From Flavobacteriales bacterium UBA1494 (GTDB lineage Bacteria; Bacteroidota; Bacteroidia; Flavobacteriales_E; Vicingaceae), in assembly GCA_905182175.1 (NCBI GenBank), contig CAJJAT010000016.1:1202-65201 (forward strand): a DNA stretch of 64,000 nucleotides. Reading direction: 5' to 3'. The translations under genes were made by a program, and so were the position numbers. How positions within the stretch are numbered: position 1 is the first letter of the stretch; each line of letters starts with the position of its first letter. The notes under the pieces are model-generated. The model had not been told where the DNA came from. It worked only from the letters and a program-made list of their open reading frames with translations, and searched no databases. This document shows positions 47,455 through 58,700 of the stretch, piece after piece.

Positions 47455-48351
47455 TTACCTTACTTTTTTCATGTTGGTTGCTAAAAATCCAAGTTTATAA
47501 AAATCAAACACATAGAGACTGATTATTCCTTTCTCTAGCATGGCCTTAATGAATGGCTTTAGCACATTAAATGAAGTAGTTATTAGTTTTCGAAGTTTGA
47601 ATAGCTTGTAGTAAGTCTTTAACAGATTCACGTCTTCAATAAGTTGCTTGTCGTAGTTTTCTGACTTAAGAATGTGAATTAAGTTTCTGATTGCCTTCTC
47701 AGTATTTTCCATGTACTGCGCGTTATTTTCTAAGTAACCATTTAAAACAGGATTATCAATGTGAATGATATTTATATCTTTCCTTTTTAACTCTAATCCG
47801 AAAAGGGTGTCTTCATGTCCATACTCCACTAAAGTTCTATCAAATTGAGTTGTGGCAAAGATTCTCCTACTTACCAGAAAGTTATTTGTCATAAATGACC
47901 TATTTGGATGCTGTTTTCTTTTTTCCACGGATTGACTTTCTTTAAAAAAGCCGTACTTCCAACGAAGTAACTTGCTTTTATGAGGAGCTTGAGTAGGATA
48001 ATTTCGTCCGCCACAAATCAGGTGATTTGGAAATCTTGTTGCTGCATTTAAATAGTTGTACAAGAAATATTTGTTTGTGATTACTGAGTCACAATCAAGA
48101 AAAATTAAGCTCGGGAAGGAGGTATATTTTAAAAACAAATTTCGAATTGCAGCTCGACCAATATTTCGATCAAGCTTGACGTAGGTTTCCTTCAAACAAA
48201 CAGTTTCATTTATTTTCCTAAACGACTCATTTGAAAAATCATCAATCAATATAATTTCACTGGGTACAGTAAGCAACTTTGCTTGAGCTGATAATTCGGT
48301 TACTAACGTAGCGACATTAAAATTATAAATAGGAATACAAATTGAAATCAT
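47455..48351 (-). CDS. Glycosyltransferase family 2
   Basis: N-terminal ISICIPIYNF, and DDFS and DCDS acidic motifs typical of GT-A family 2. Confidence 0.7.
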   Translation of the reverse strand: MISICIPIYNFNVATLVTELSAQAKLLTVPSEIILIDDFSNESFRKINETVCLKETYVKLDRNIGRAAIRNLFLKYTSFPSLIFLDCDSVITNKYFLYNYLNAATRFPNHLICGGRNYPTQAPHKSKLLRWKYGFFKESQSVEKRKQHPNRSFMTNNFLVSRRIFATTQFDRTLVEYGHEDTLFGLELKRKDINIIHIDNPVLNGYLENNAQYMENTEKAIRNLIHILKSENYDKQLIEDVNLLKTYYKLFKLRKLITTSFNVLKPFIKAMLEKGIISLYVFDFYKLGFLATNMKKVR

Positions 48352-48728
48352 ATATTCTTTTGTGACTTTCTTAATAAGACGACATTCATAACAAAGTTAA
48401 TACTTTCGGTTAGTCAAATTAAAAGAGAAATTCAGTTTCTTATGCTATGCATACCTGCAAGTATATTCTGAAAAAATCGCTCGAATATTTTATTAATAGA
48501 AATAGGAAGTAAGTTGAAATGGGAGTGTACCTATCAATTGTTCAAATTTTTTAATTGGAAACTGAATAGTACACACTTGGATTCAGAACAATGATTCATT
48601 TTATTCTTCCAGGGATTATAAAACCTTGAATTGAATTGTATCTATTATTATGTTCAATTGGATAGCCATATATTGAAGGATTTAACTGTAAATAAAAGTC
48701 AATAATAGTTAAATTAGCGGACTACATT

Positions 48729-50036
48729 TTGAACATGACTCACTCCCTAGAAGATTTAAAATCAGGAAAATTAATTGGCTTAACAGGATTAAAACTCGCA
48801 TGTGATTTAAAGAAGTTCCCAGAAGAGATTTTTTCGCTAGCAGACTCGTTGGAAGTATTGGATCTGTCCGATAATCAGTTGACTGAATTGCCAAGTAGTA
48901 TTTCTCAGCTGAAGAACTTGAGAATTATATTTTTCGCTCGAAATAACTTTACTCAATTTCCAACAGTTTTATCGCAATGTACCGCATTGAGTATGATTGG
49001 CTTTAAATCCAATCAAATTGAAGTGGTCCCGGAAAATGCATTTCCTCTAAAGTTAAAGTGGTTAATATTAACTGACAACAAGATTAAAAGAATACCAAAG
49101 AGTATTGGATGTTGTAGTTTACTCCAAAAGTGTGCACTAGCAGGGAATAGAATTGAAGAATTACCGGTAGAAATGGCGAACTGTTTGAATTTAGAGCTCT
49201 TAAGAATCTCTGCCAACTGTATAAAGTCGATTCCAACTTGGTTATTTGAGTTACCTCATTTGTCATGGATTGCTTTTGGAGGAAACCCGGTAGAACATCA
49301 AATTCAAATAAATACCGACTTCGAGTCATTTGAATGGGAGGATTTTAATGTTAAAGCTTTACTGGGAGAGGGAGCCTCGGGACTTATTTATAAAGCAGTT
49401 TGGAAATCAAGAAAAGAGGATGTAGCAATAAAGATCTTTAGAGGAGACGTAACGAGTGATGGGGTACCAGAAGATGAGATGGAAGTATCAATAGCAGCGG
49501 GATTCCATAAAAACTTAATTCAAGTTTTAGGTAAAATAAAAAATCATCCTGAGGGAAAAAATGGTTTGATAATGGAGTTAATATCTTCTAATTACATCAA
49601 TTTGGGGAACCCTCCAAGTTTGGTAACTTGCACGAGAGATGTGTTTGACAATGAGGTTGTTTTTGATGAAGATCAGCTGCTAAAGATTGCAAAAAGTATT
49701 GCTTCGGTTTGTTCTCAGTTGCACAGTAAAGGAATCAGTCATGGAGACCTTTATGCACACAATATTTTGGTAAATAATACAGCAGAATGCATCTTGGGTG
49801 ATTTTGGTGCGGCTTCCTTTTATTGTGTTACCTCAGTTCTTGCACCAAAAATAGAACGAATTGAGGTAAGGGCTTATGGGTGCTTATTGGAAGATTTAGT
49901 AACCCTCGTTAGTGAAATTGAATCTCCTAATTTACGTCGTAGCAGGTGGCAAAAATTAATCAACGATTGTAGGCTTTTCAATGTAAAGTCTCGTCTTGGA
50001 TTTTCTGAAATTTTACTGGAGTTAGATAAATTTTAA
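48729..50036 (+). CDS. Leucine-rich-repeat protein fused to a eukaryote-like protein kinase domain
   Basis: Residues about 20-190 hold about 7 LRRs (LxxLxLxxNxLxxLP, e.g. LEVLDLSDNQLTELPSSISQLKNL). The kinase shows a G-loop LGEGASGLIYKA, VAIKIF lysine, catalytic loop SHGDLYAHNILV and LGDFGAA. No signal peptide or TM. Confidence 0.7.
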   Translation: MNMTHSLEDLKSGKLIGLTGLKLACDLKKFPEEIFSLADSLEVLDLSDNQLTELPSSISQLKNLRIIFFARNNFTQFPTVLSQCTALSMIGFKSNQIEVVPENAFPLKLKWLILTDNKIKRIPKSIGCCSLLQKCALAGNRIEELPVEMANCLNLELLRISANCIKSIPTWLFELPHLSWIAFGGNPVEHQIQINTDFESFEWEDFNVKALLGEGASGLIYKAVWKSRKEDVAIKIFRGDVTSDGVPEDEMEVSIAAGFHKNLIQVLGKIKNHPEGKNGLIMELISSNYINLGNPPSLVTCTRDVFDNEVVFDEDQLLKIAKSIASVCSQLHSKGISHGDLYAHNILVNNTAECILGDFGAASFYCVTSVLAPKIERIEVRAYGCLLEDLVTLVSEIESPNLRRSRWQKLINDCRLFNVKSRLGFSEILLELDKF

Positions 50037-50427
50037 GTTGATTTTGCTGTTGTCAAGCGATTTGTGAGGTGCACAAAAACCTCATGCCAACGCATGAAAT
50101 AAGTTGCTTGTCTGCCTACTCATCGTATAGTTAGTTGTTAAAGCTATTTAAGTTCATCGCAGATACCTTCGTTTCATTGTGTTTTTTCAATGTAATAGAC
50201 CTTGTTGGTTTTTAATCCTCCAAGGTATATCTATTCAAATTGTTTTTATAACTTATTACTACTTGCAGGTAAAAATTTTATTTTGCTCAAGTAATTTATT
50301 TCTACTCTATTGTATTTTTAGTATCCATACTGTTGCGAGAATTTCAAGTACCAAAGTTTGCCTTTTTGAGCAGGCAACACAGTAGTATTTGTTGCTCGTT
50401 ACTTTTGTGAAAAAGCAAGAAAACTTA

Positions 50428-53400
50428 TTACTGCTTTATGACTTTAGAGGTATATTTTGAGCCATTTACATCATACAAACTGACTAAGTAAATTCCCTGT
50501 TTTATTGTAGAAAAGTCTAACAAGACTTTATTTGAGGCCACCCTCATTAAACTCAATACTTTTCCATGGAGATTACGAACTTCAACTTTTTGAATTCGTT
50601 TTTTCTTCTGGTTAGCGTCAATTAATAGCACAGTACTTTCTAACGTCACTGGGTTTGGGTAAACAAACACATGCAGCCGTTCCTTATATCCGCGGGGAAT
50701 AACAACAATCTCCGCTATGTTGGTTTCGATAAAGTCATTGTAATCAAACTGAATGAATGCTTGATTTTCTATCACTGTAAAAGGTTCTACATTGGAGTTA
50801 ATGCCTATACTAAATTCAATAAATCCATTGCTACCTTCATTATTAGAGGCAGAATCTGGTAGTTCAATATGGTTATTTAAAAATGCTAGGGAACCTGCTT
50901 TTAACGAGTATTCGAAAGGATGAGAAGAGCTTGTGAACTTAAAAGACTCCCAGTTTAAGTAATCTGATAATTGATCAACTATAAGCACTCGTCTGGCAGC
51001 AAAGGTTCCAATATTTTGAAACCTTATCTTGTACGTTAATCTTTCTTCTTTAGAAACGTTCTGCTGAATGCCTTTATTTTTAACAAATACTAGCTTATCG
51101 TTTGGATCAATTGAACCAACTACGACGTCATTGAAAGTAATGGAATTATTGTCAATAGCGCATTCAGGTCCACTGTAGATAATATCTCCTGCCACGCTTA
51201 CCACTTCTCCTAGTGGTACATTGTTATCTACTGAATCTGTTAGTATTAAAACGGTATCAGATAAAGCTTCAATTTGGTTTAAACTATACATGTAAGTTCT
51301 AAGGCCATTGCTTTCCATAACTGAAGACCAAGAGTCTCCAATTAAATACGTGTTGTCGGTAAATGTTAAAGAAACTTGAACTAGACTTGTTGTGTTGTAT
51401 GGAGCTAAATTTTCTACTAACACTTGTAATTTATTTGTCAAGCCTCTTCTAAAGGCAGTAGTGCCTAAGCTAATTTCTAAATTTGGGTAGGCACAGCTAT
51501 TTGTGTTGCCAAAATCATTTCCACAATATTGTACTGAATTAAATTGAATAACATTGACAGTGTGATATGTAAGTGGAGAAAATTGACTCCAACTGCTAGT
51601 CACTTCTTGACTAACTGTATAATTTCCATCACCTACAAAAAACTCATACTCTCCATCCTGATTGGTATAGACTTGAATATTTCCAGGTGTAATTGTAATT
51701 TTTTGATTCGAAATACCTGGTTCTGAAGCATCCTGAATGCTATTTTGATTTACGTCAAAATATACGGTGCCACAAATCTTTGAACCACACTCTTCATAAA
51801 CGGTCAATAAGTCGTTGATGGTAGGACTTATGACATAAGTAACAACGCCCGATGGCCATATAATTACAATACTATCAATCGCGGGTGCATCGAGTAAACC
51901 AAACAGGAGCTTAGAAGAGTTTTGTCCGCCGGTTGCTGATGTTTGTGTTGAAACGTGCCTTGTTTGCCATTGAGATTGACCATCTATTGTTGCCTTTACT
52001 TTAACCATGGCACCAACCCCAAATTTATTTGAGTTACAACCATCTAACTTGATCACTATATGATTGGTACATGGATCCTTTTGATTCACGAAAAAGTCAT
52101 TTGTATTTGTCCCAATATTCGCTACAAAAAGGTCGTAGTCACCGTCATTGTCATAATCAGACCAAGCTGAACCATATGAATTGTTTAAAACTTGAGTGAT
52201 GGAATTAACTAGTTTGTCAAATGTTCCGTCTCCATTATTTGAGAACAAGAAATTCTGATTATTTTGATCATTTGCTACCAGTAAGTCTAAGTCTCCATCG
52301 TTGTCAAAGTCAATCCAAGTTGCTCCATGAGAATTGGATAAATAATTTACAATCTCAATATTTGTAATTTTTAAGAATGTTCCATCTCCGTTGTTGTTAT
52401 AGAAGAAGTTGGGCTCAATATCTCTAGAATTAGTAACGTATAGATCTAAATCGCCATCGTTGTCATAATCTCCCCAAGTACCGCCAACCGAATGGCCTGC
52501 ATCATTGACCACTGAGCCTGTTGTTTCTTTAATTAAAATTCCGTTAACATTCTTAAACAATTGGTTGTTCTCGCCATTTGTATTTGCAACAAACAAATCT
52601 AGGTCTCCGTCATTATCATAGTCGCCCCAAGCTACACCAACAGCAGATGTAGCCGACAAAGAAACTTCACTTGAGGCATCGACGGAGAATCCACCCTGGC
52701 CATCTCCCAAAAACAAGAAATTAAAATTGGTTGGGTGAAAATCAGACACAACAATGTCTAGGTTTCCATCTTTGTTATAATCTGCCCAGGCAGCTGAATG
52801 AGAATATATTCCCTCATCCACAACAGGATCAGATACAATTGATGTAAATGTGCCATCTCCATTATTATGATACAGCTTATTAGCTGAATTCTGGTTATTA
52901 GTCACAAACAAGTCTATAAACCCGTCGTTGTCATAGTCTCCCCACGTTCCAGAAACAGATGCGCCCAGATCAGAGACAATTGCCCCTGTGGTTATCTTGG
53001 TAAATGTTCCATCAGTATTATTATGATATAATATATTGGGTTGACTTAATGTTTTTACAGGCACAAATAAATCATCAAACCCATCGTTGTCATAATCTCC
53101 CCATGCCATTCCCCAAGTACTAGATACATCATTAGAAAGACCTGCCATTGTATTTTGAGTAAAAGTTACCGACGTTTCGATACTCCATGCGCAAGTAGTA
53201 TCGTTAAACGTAGCAATTGTGTTGCAGGAAGTTGCCGGCTCGGGACCTTTTACGCAACTTACCGACTCTAATGTTACAACGGCAGATTTGCAATTGGTAG
53301 AATCTAATTTGTCACAAATTTGGTAGGTCATAGTATGTACTCCAAGCGCAGTATTTGGTTCAAGGTCTATAGAACCATCAGCATTTAAAGTCAAATTAAC

Positions 53401-54942
53401 ATTGGATAAAACTGTCGTTAAATCAATTTGCGCTAAACTAACTGGGTTTGCATTAAAACTATCGTTGGCCAATACATTTATAACGTTAATGCCACCTGTA
53501 ATCCCATTTACTTGCCCCACCGTGTCCACTACTGCTTTAATATCAGCTAGTGACAGTGAGGTAGAAGTAATGCAAACAGGGTTGTTATAAACAGCACCTG
53601 AATAAGTATTGACTGCACCGGCTGTAGAAAGTTGTCTTCCTTCTAGAAATACACCTGCACCGGAACTGCATGCTCCGCCATGCGAAAGAAATGTTCCTTT
53701 TAATACAGCTGCAGCCCCTAAACTAACAGCACCGGTAGCAACACCAGCTCCGCCAATCCAAAAAATATTACAAGCACGTGCGCCATTAGTTAAAATTATC
53801 TTTGCTGATGCTGCTACAGTGAACGCTCCTGCAAATTTAAAAACAAATATTGCATCAGGATTATTTTCACCGTCTAAGGTTAACGTTCCAGATAAAGATC
53901 CTGCAGCTGCAATATTGTAAACTCCAGTTGTTAAGATTTCCCCTGATCCAAAAGCAGGTGTGTGTCCGGTTACAGTATTGGGCAGAGCCATAAGCGAAGT
54001 ATATGCGTTATTTAAATCTATTTCCGCTTGCACTGTAAGCGAATTTATGATGTGAAATGATCCTACCACAACCGAAGAACCATAACCACTAATAGCACCA
54101 CTATTTGTCCCGATGTTCCCATAAATTACAGATGTAGAGGTATTTGCTACAGCCCCGAAATTTGAATAAAGCGCAAAATTTGAAAGAACACCCAAAACAT
54201 CAACTTCAGCGGCAGCGTTGCAACTTGCTTCACAAAATATAGTAATGGTGCTATTACAAGGAGGTTTTATTGCTGTTGCACCTGCACCAATAGTTATTGC
54301 TCCTTCCAAGGAAAATATTCTCCCTTCAAGATTAACATTTGCACCTAGGCTAACTGCACCTATATGTGCAAATAAAGTCCCTTTTACCTCTGCTCCAGCG
54401 GCAACGGTAATGGCGCCTTCAGCTATCCAAAAAACATTACAAGATTTTGCTCCATTAACTAAAGTAACCGTCGCGCCTGCTCCGATTGTTAGTGCACCAT
54501 TACATTTAATTACAAAGTAAGCATTGGGATCTCCCTCTCCATCAAGAGTAAGGGCTCCTCCTACAGATCCGGCTCCACCGGTAGAATAAACTCCGGAAGT
54601 AATCGTTTCACCACCACCAAATGCCGGTAAATGAGAACTTGGATAAGTGACAAAAAGATCGTTAATGTGGATATACAGCCTAAATAGATCGAACCTGCAC
54701 TGATCAGTTACAGAATTAGCATTGTAAATATTGTCAATATAAGATGGTGCTACAAAGCCGCTTATTATGCCATTATTCGAACCAACATCACCTGTAACAA
54801 GTGTTCCCGAATTTGTGACCGCTCCTGTTCCGGTATAAGCCTCGAAAGAAGATAGTATTCCTAAGTTAAGTGTCTGAGCATTTGAAAATATACTCCAAAA
54901 TAGGAGGTAGAAGATTAATGCGATTAGATATACTTTTTTCAT
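50428..54942 (-). CDS. 1504-aa T9SS-secreted surface protein: 2 x ice-binding-like (DUF3494), FG-GAP/VCBS repeats with UnbV/ASPIC-like domain, Ig-like/SdrD-B-like domains, and a Por C-terminal sorting domain
   Basis: Signal peptide. DUF3494 pattern occurs twice: LGILSSFEAYTGTGAVTNSGTLVTGDVG...NGAKSCNVFWIAEGAITV and LGVLSNFALYSNFGAVANTSTSVIYGNIG...NGARACNIFWIGGAGV. About 7 repeats of WGDYDNDGDLDLFV follow, then UnbV-like GVGAMVKVKA...VIIWPSG. The last 80 aa or so, YPNPVT...GIYLVSLYDVNGSKYTSKVIKQ, form the T9SS CTD. Confidence 0.8.
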   Translation of the reverse strand: MKKVYLIALIFYLLFWSIFSNAQTLNLGILSSFEAYTGTGAVTNSGTLVTGDVGSNNGIISGFVAPSYIDNIYNANSVTDQCRFDLFRLYIHINDLFVTYPSSHLPAFGGGETITSGVYSTGGAGSVGGALTLDGEGDPNAYFVIKCNGALTIGAGATVTLVNGAKSCNVFWIAEGAITVAAGAEVKGTLFAHIGAVSLGANVNLEGRIFSLEGAITIGAGATAIKPPCNSTITIFCEASCNAAAEVDVLGVLSNFALYSNFGAVANTSTSVIYGNIGTNSGAISGYGSSVVVGSFHIINSLTVQAEIDLNNAYTSLMALPNTVTGHTPAFGSGEILTTGVYNIAAAGSLSGTLTLDGENNPDAIFVFKFAGAFTVAASAKIILTNGARACNIFWIGGAGVATGAVSLGAAAVLKGTFLSHGGACSSGAGVFLEGRQLSTAGAVNTYSGAVYNNPVCITSTSLSLADIKAVVDTVGQVNGITGGINVINVLANDSFNANPVSLAQIDLTTVLSNVNLTLNADGSIDLEPNTALGVHTMTYQICDKLDSTNCKSAVVTLESVSCVKGPEPATSCNTIATFNDTTCAWSIETSVTFTQNTMAGLSNDVSSTWGMAWGDYDNDGFDDLFVPVKTLSQPNILYHNNTDGTFTKITTGAIVSDLGASVSGTWGDYDNDGFIDLFVTNNQNSANKLYHNNGDGTFTSIVSDPVVDEGIYSHSAAWADYNKDGNLDIVVSDFHPTNFNFLFLGDGQGGFSVDASSEVSLSATSAVGVAWGDYDNDGDLDLFVANTNGENNQLFKNVNGILIKETTGSVVNDAGHSVGGTWGDYDNDGDLDLYVTNSRDIEPNFFYNNNGDGTFLKITNIEIVNYLSNSHGATWIDFDNDGDLDLLVANDQNNQNFLFSNNGDGTFDKLVNSITQVLNNSYGSAWSDYDNDGDYDLFVANIGTNTNDFFVNQKDPCTNHIVIKLDGCNSNKFGVGAMVKVKATIDGQSQWQTRHVSTQTSATGGQNSSKLLFGLLDAPAIDSIVIIWPSGVVTYVISPTINDLLTVYEECGSKICGTVYFDVNQNSIQDASEPGISNQKITITPGNIQVYTNQDGEYEFFVGDGNYTVSQEVTSSWSQFSPLTYHTVNVIQFNSVQYCGNDFGNTNSCAYPNLEISLGTTAFRRGLTNKLQVLVENLAPYNTTSLVQVSLTFTDNTYLIGDSWSSVMESNGLRTYMYSLNQIEALSDTVLILTDSVDNNVPLGEVVSVAGDIIYSGPECAIDNNSITFNDVVVGSIDPNDKLVFVKNKGIQQNVSKEERLTYKIRFQNIGTFAARRVLIVDQLSDYLNWESFKFTSSSHPFEYSLKAGSLAFLNNHIELPDSASNNEGSNGFIEFSIGINSNVEPFTVIENQAFIQFDYNDFIETNIAEIVVIPRGYKERLHVFVYPNPVTLESTVLLIDANQKKKRIQKVEVRNLHGKVLSLMRVASNKVLLDFSTIKQGIYLVSLYDVNGSKYTSKVIKQ

Positions 54943-55586
54943 TGTATCGTGTTCGTGTATTTTGCTCTTTGCAAATGGAATGCCATTTCACCCGAAATAC
55001 ACCTAAAAGTCGCTGTTTGCTTGTTTTCTGCTTTTACTTTACTTGAATTTATACCCAAAAATGGACAGTTATTCCCGATTGTGGAATTATTTCCAGTAAA
55101 ATAGATGAAGTATTTTTTTTAGTAGAGAAAATTATATCAATCTATCTTTTGTAGCTCTATTTTTTGTAACTGAGCTACCAAGTTTTCTGCTGATTAAGAG
55201 AAAATATTTTGTTTTTCTTAAAATAGTGGAAATACAAGCCAAAGGCTATATCCATAATTGGTTATAGCGATCGTTACTCAACACTAAAGTTAATAATTAG
55301 CGATAATTCATGTGCCTTAGGTATTTTGAGTGATTGGATATAGAATTCTAGCATTTGACCAATTTATTCTTCAACTCTAGTGTTTCACTTTAGAAGCCGT
55401 GGAGCGGCTGTACCTTTTGGAATAGGTTACAATCCTTTTTGTGTGAGGCATGTTTAGCTAATGCATAAAATGCGATTATATTTAAAATCAAGCGAGAAAC
55501 TTCTAATTCCTAGCGGTTAAGGTAATTTGTCAATCGATTGCTTACCTAAATTTTGAGATGCTTTACAAATGGCAAAATGATTAAAA

Positions 55587-55601
55587 GCAGGATTTACCTG
55601 C
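55587..55601 (-). terminator. Weak candidate terminator downstream of pyc
   Basis: On the minus strand: gcagg-taaat-cctgc followed by ttttaatcatttt, about 150 nt after the pyc stop. Short stem and an interrupted U-tract. Confidence 0.3.
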
Positions 55602-55747
55602 CTTTAATCGCCTTTCTTAGTTATTTGGTTTGACCTTAAACTGATCTGTACAATAAACAAGATGTTGATCATTTGTTTATAGGATTAAGAAGCACTAAAT
55701 CCATACCCTGAATAATTCAATATTAAAATGACCCAGCAAAAGCAGAA

Positions 55748-58700
55748 TCATTCAAATGTTAAAACTAAATCTTCAGAATTTACCATCGTTCCAGAACTTA
55801 GGATGATTTTCTGTATTTTACCATCTTCTATTGCAGTAATAGTAGATTCCATCTTCATTGCTTCAATAACAAAAAGGGGCTGATTCTTAGTCACTTTTTC
55901 ACCTTTTTTTACCAAAATAGTCGACAGCAAACCCTGCAACGGTGCACCAATTTCTTTTGCATCGTTTTTGGTTGCTTTTTGATTCGATACCTTATTGACT
56001 TTAATTGATTCATCTTTTATTTGCACAAATCTACCTTGTCCGTTTACTTTAAAGTACACGGTCACCATGGCGTCTTCATTTGGTCGTCCGATAGAATCTA
56101 AAGAAATTAGTATGTTTTTTCCTTTGTCTAACTCAACCATAATTTCTTCTCCTCTTTCCATTCCATAGAAGAAATTCTTGGTCGGTAAATTGATTAAACT
56201 ATCATACTTTAAATGCTGGTTATAAGCATCTGTAAAGACTTTGGGATATAATTTGTAAGATAAAAAATCTGTAAAATTAATTGGTCTGCTTAAATCATTT
56301 TCAAATATTTTTCTAAAGCTTTCGTATTCAGCGTCAATATCTAACGGTTTAATGTGTGCATTTGGTCTATTTGTGTAGGGTATTTCATCTTTTAAAATTA
56401 ATTTTTGAAGATCTTTGGGAAAACCACCGACGGGCTGCCCTAAATCACCTTTAAAGAAGCTTACTACAGATTGTGGGAACGAAATGGTATCTCCACGTTC
56501 TAGCACATCCCGAGTTGTTAAATTGTTACTCACTAAATATTGCGCCATGTCACCCACTACTTTGGAGCTCGGTGTAACTTTTACAATGTCTCCAAAAAGC
56601 AAGTTTACATCGCTATACATTTGTGTGATTTCATGAAATCGGTCTTCTAATCCCAAGGCCTGCGCTTGTGGTTTTAAATTAGAATACTGACCTCCTGGAA
56701 TTTCATGTTTAAATACCTCTCCGGAACCTGCTTTTAATCCAGACTCAAACGGATAATAATACTCCCGAACTGTTTCCCAATAGTTAGAATACTCGTTCAA
56801 AGAATCGATATTTAAATTACTTTCTCGTTCATTGAATTTCATCATTTCTACTACCGAATTAAAATTGGGTTGCGATGTCAACCCTGACAAGCCCCCGAGT
56901 GCGACATCGACGACATCTATACCCGCTTCAATCGCTTTTAAATAAGTAGCGGATTGAATTGAAGAGGTATCGTGGGTGTGCAAATGAATCGGAATATCAA
57001 CGGTTTGTTTTAAAGCTGAAACCAATTCGAAAGCGGCATATGGTTTTAATAATCCCGCCATGTCTTTGATAGCCAAAATATGTGCTCCTGCGTTTTCAAT
57101 GTCTTTGGCTAAGCTGGTATAATATTTTAGGTTGTATTTTGTGTTTTTAGGATTTAAAATGTCACCCGTATAGCAGATGGCGCCTTCGGCTAAACCGTTT
57201 GTTCGGTTGCGCACATGCTCGATACAAGGAGCTATAGATTGCATCCAATTTAAAGAATCAAATATTCTAAAAATATCTACTCCATTTTCCCAAGATTGCT
57301 CTACAAACTTCTCGATAAGATTGTCTGAATAGGCCGTGTAGCCAACCCCATTGGATCCTCTAATTAGCATTTGAAGCAATACATTCGGCATTGCTTTGCG
57401 TAATAATTGTAAGCGTTCCCAGGGGTTTTCTTGCAAGAAACGCATGCAAACATCGAAGGTTGCGCCTCCCCAGACTTCCATACTAAAAATGTTGGGGTTG
57501 TTTTTTGCATATCCTTCGGCAACTTTCAACATGTCAAAAGTTCGCATTCTAGTGGCCAACAAACTTTGATGTGCATCTCGCATCGTAGTGTCTGTAAAAT
57601 GAATTTTCTTTTCATTTTTTAACCATTCTGAGAATTTATCTGGGCCTAATGCTGTAAGCAGATCTTTTGTACCTTTTGGGTAAGATGCCTTTTTATCAAA
57701 TTTAGGTACTATCGGGTGTACAAATATTTTAGTGTGGTCTGTTTTTTTAACATCCGGATTTCCGTTTACCGTAACATCTCCTAAATACGTTATCAATTTA
57801 GTGGCTCTATTTCTAGGAGCTTTAAAAATGAATAAATCAGGATTCTGATTGATAAAGTTTACTTTAACTGCTCCTTTTCTAAAGGTCTCGTGCTTTAGTA
57901 TATTGTCTAGAAAAGGCATGTTCGTCTTAACTCCTCTAATTCTAAATTCTGCTAAGGCACGTCGTACTTTTCGACAAGCTCCATCTAACGTTCTGCTGTT
58001 TGCGGTAAGTTTTACCAACATAGAGTCAAAGAATGGAGAAATAATTGCCCCTTGATATACACTGCCGGCATCTAAACGAATACCAAAACCTGAGGCACTT
58101 CTGTATGCGGTAATTTCACCATAATCAGGTTTGAAATCATTTTGTGGGTCCTCTGTGGTAATTCTGCACTGCAACGCGTAGCCATTCACCTTTACTGCAG
58201 CTTGATTTTCAAGCTTTATTTGTTGGTCTTCAAGTTTGTAACCTCCTGCAATAAATAATTGTGTTTTTACTAAATCAATATTGGTTACCACTTCTGTAAC
58301 AGTGTGTTCCACCTGTATACGTGGGTTAACCTCGATAAAATAAATAGAACCATCTTCGTCTACTAAAAATTCTACAGTCCCAATATTATTATAATGTACT
58401 GCTGTACAAATGTCTATAGCATACTTATAAAGTGCGTCTTTTATTTCCTGTTTTAAATCAAATGAAGGCGCAAATTCAATTACTTTTTGATAGCGGCGCT
58501 GTACGGAGCAATCGCGTTCAAAAAGATGTACAGTATTGCCATAGTTATCGGCAACTATTTGAATTTCTATGTGTTTAGGATTTTCTACAAACTTTTCAAG
58601 AAAAACAGTGTCATCTCCAAATGCATTCAATGCTTCTCTTTTACTTTCACTGAATGCACTTTTTAATTCGCCTGATTTTCTGATTACACGCATGCCTCTT

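Noticed and set aside
50179-50385. 68-aa plus-strand ORF between the convergent LRR-kinase and adhesin genes
   Set aside because: It starts with a non-ATG codon, has very hydrophobic low-complexity sequence from a T-rich spacer, and shows no ribosome-binding context or motif. It may be a small membrane peptide, but that is unsupported.
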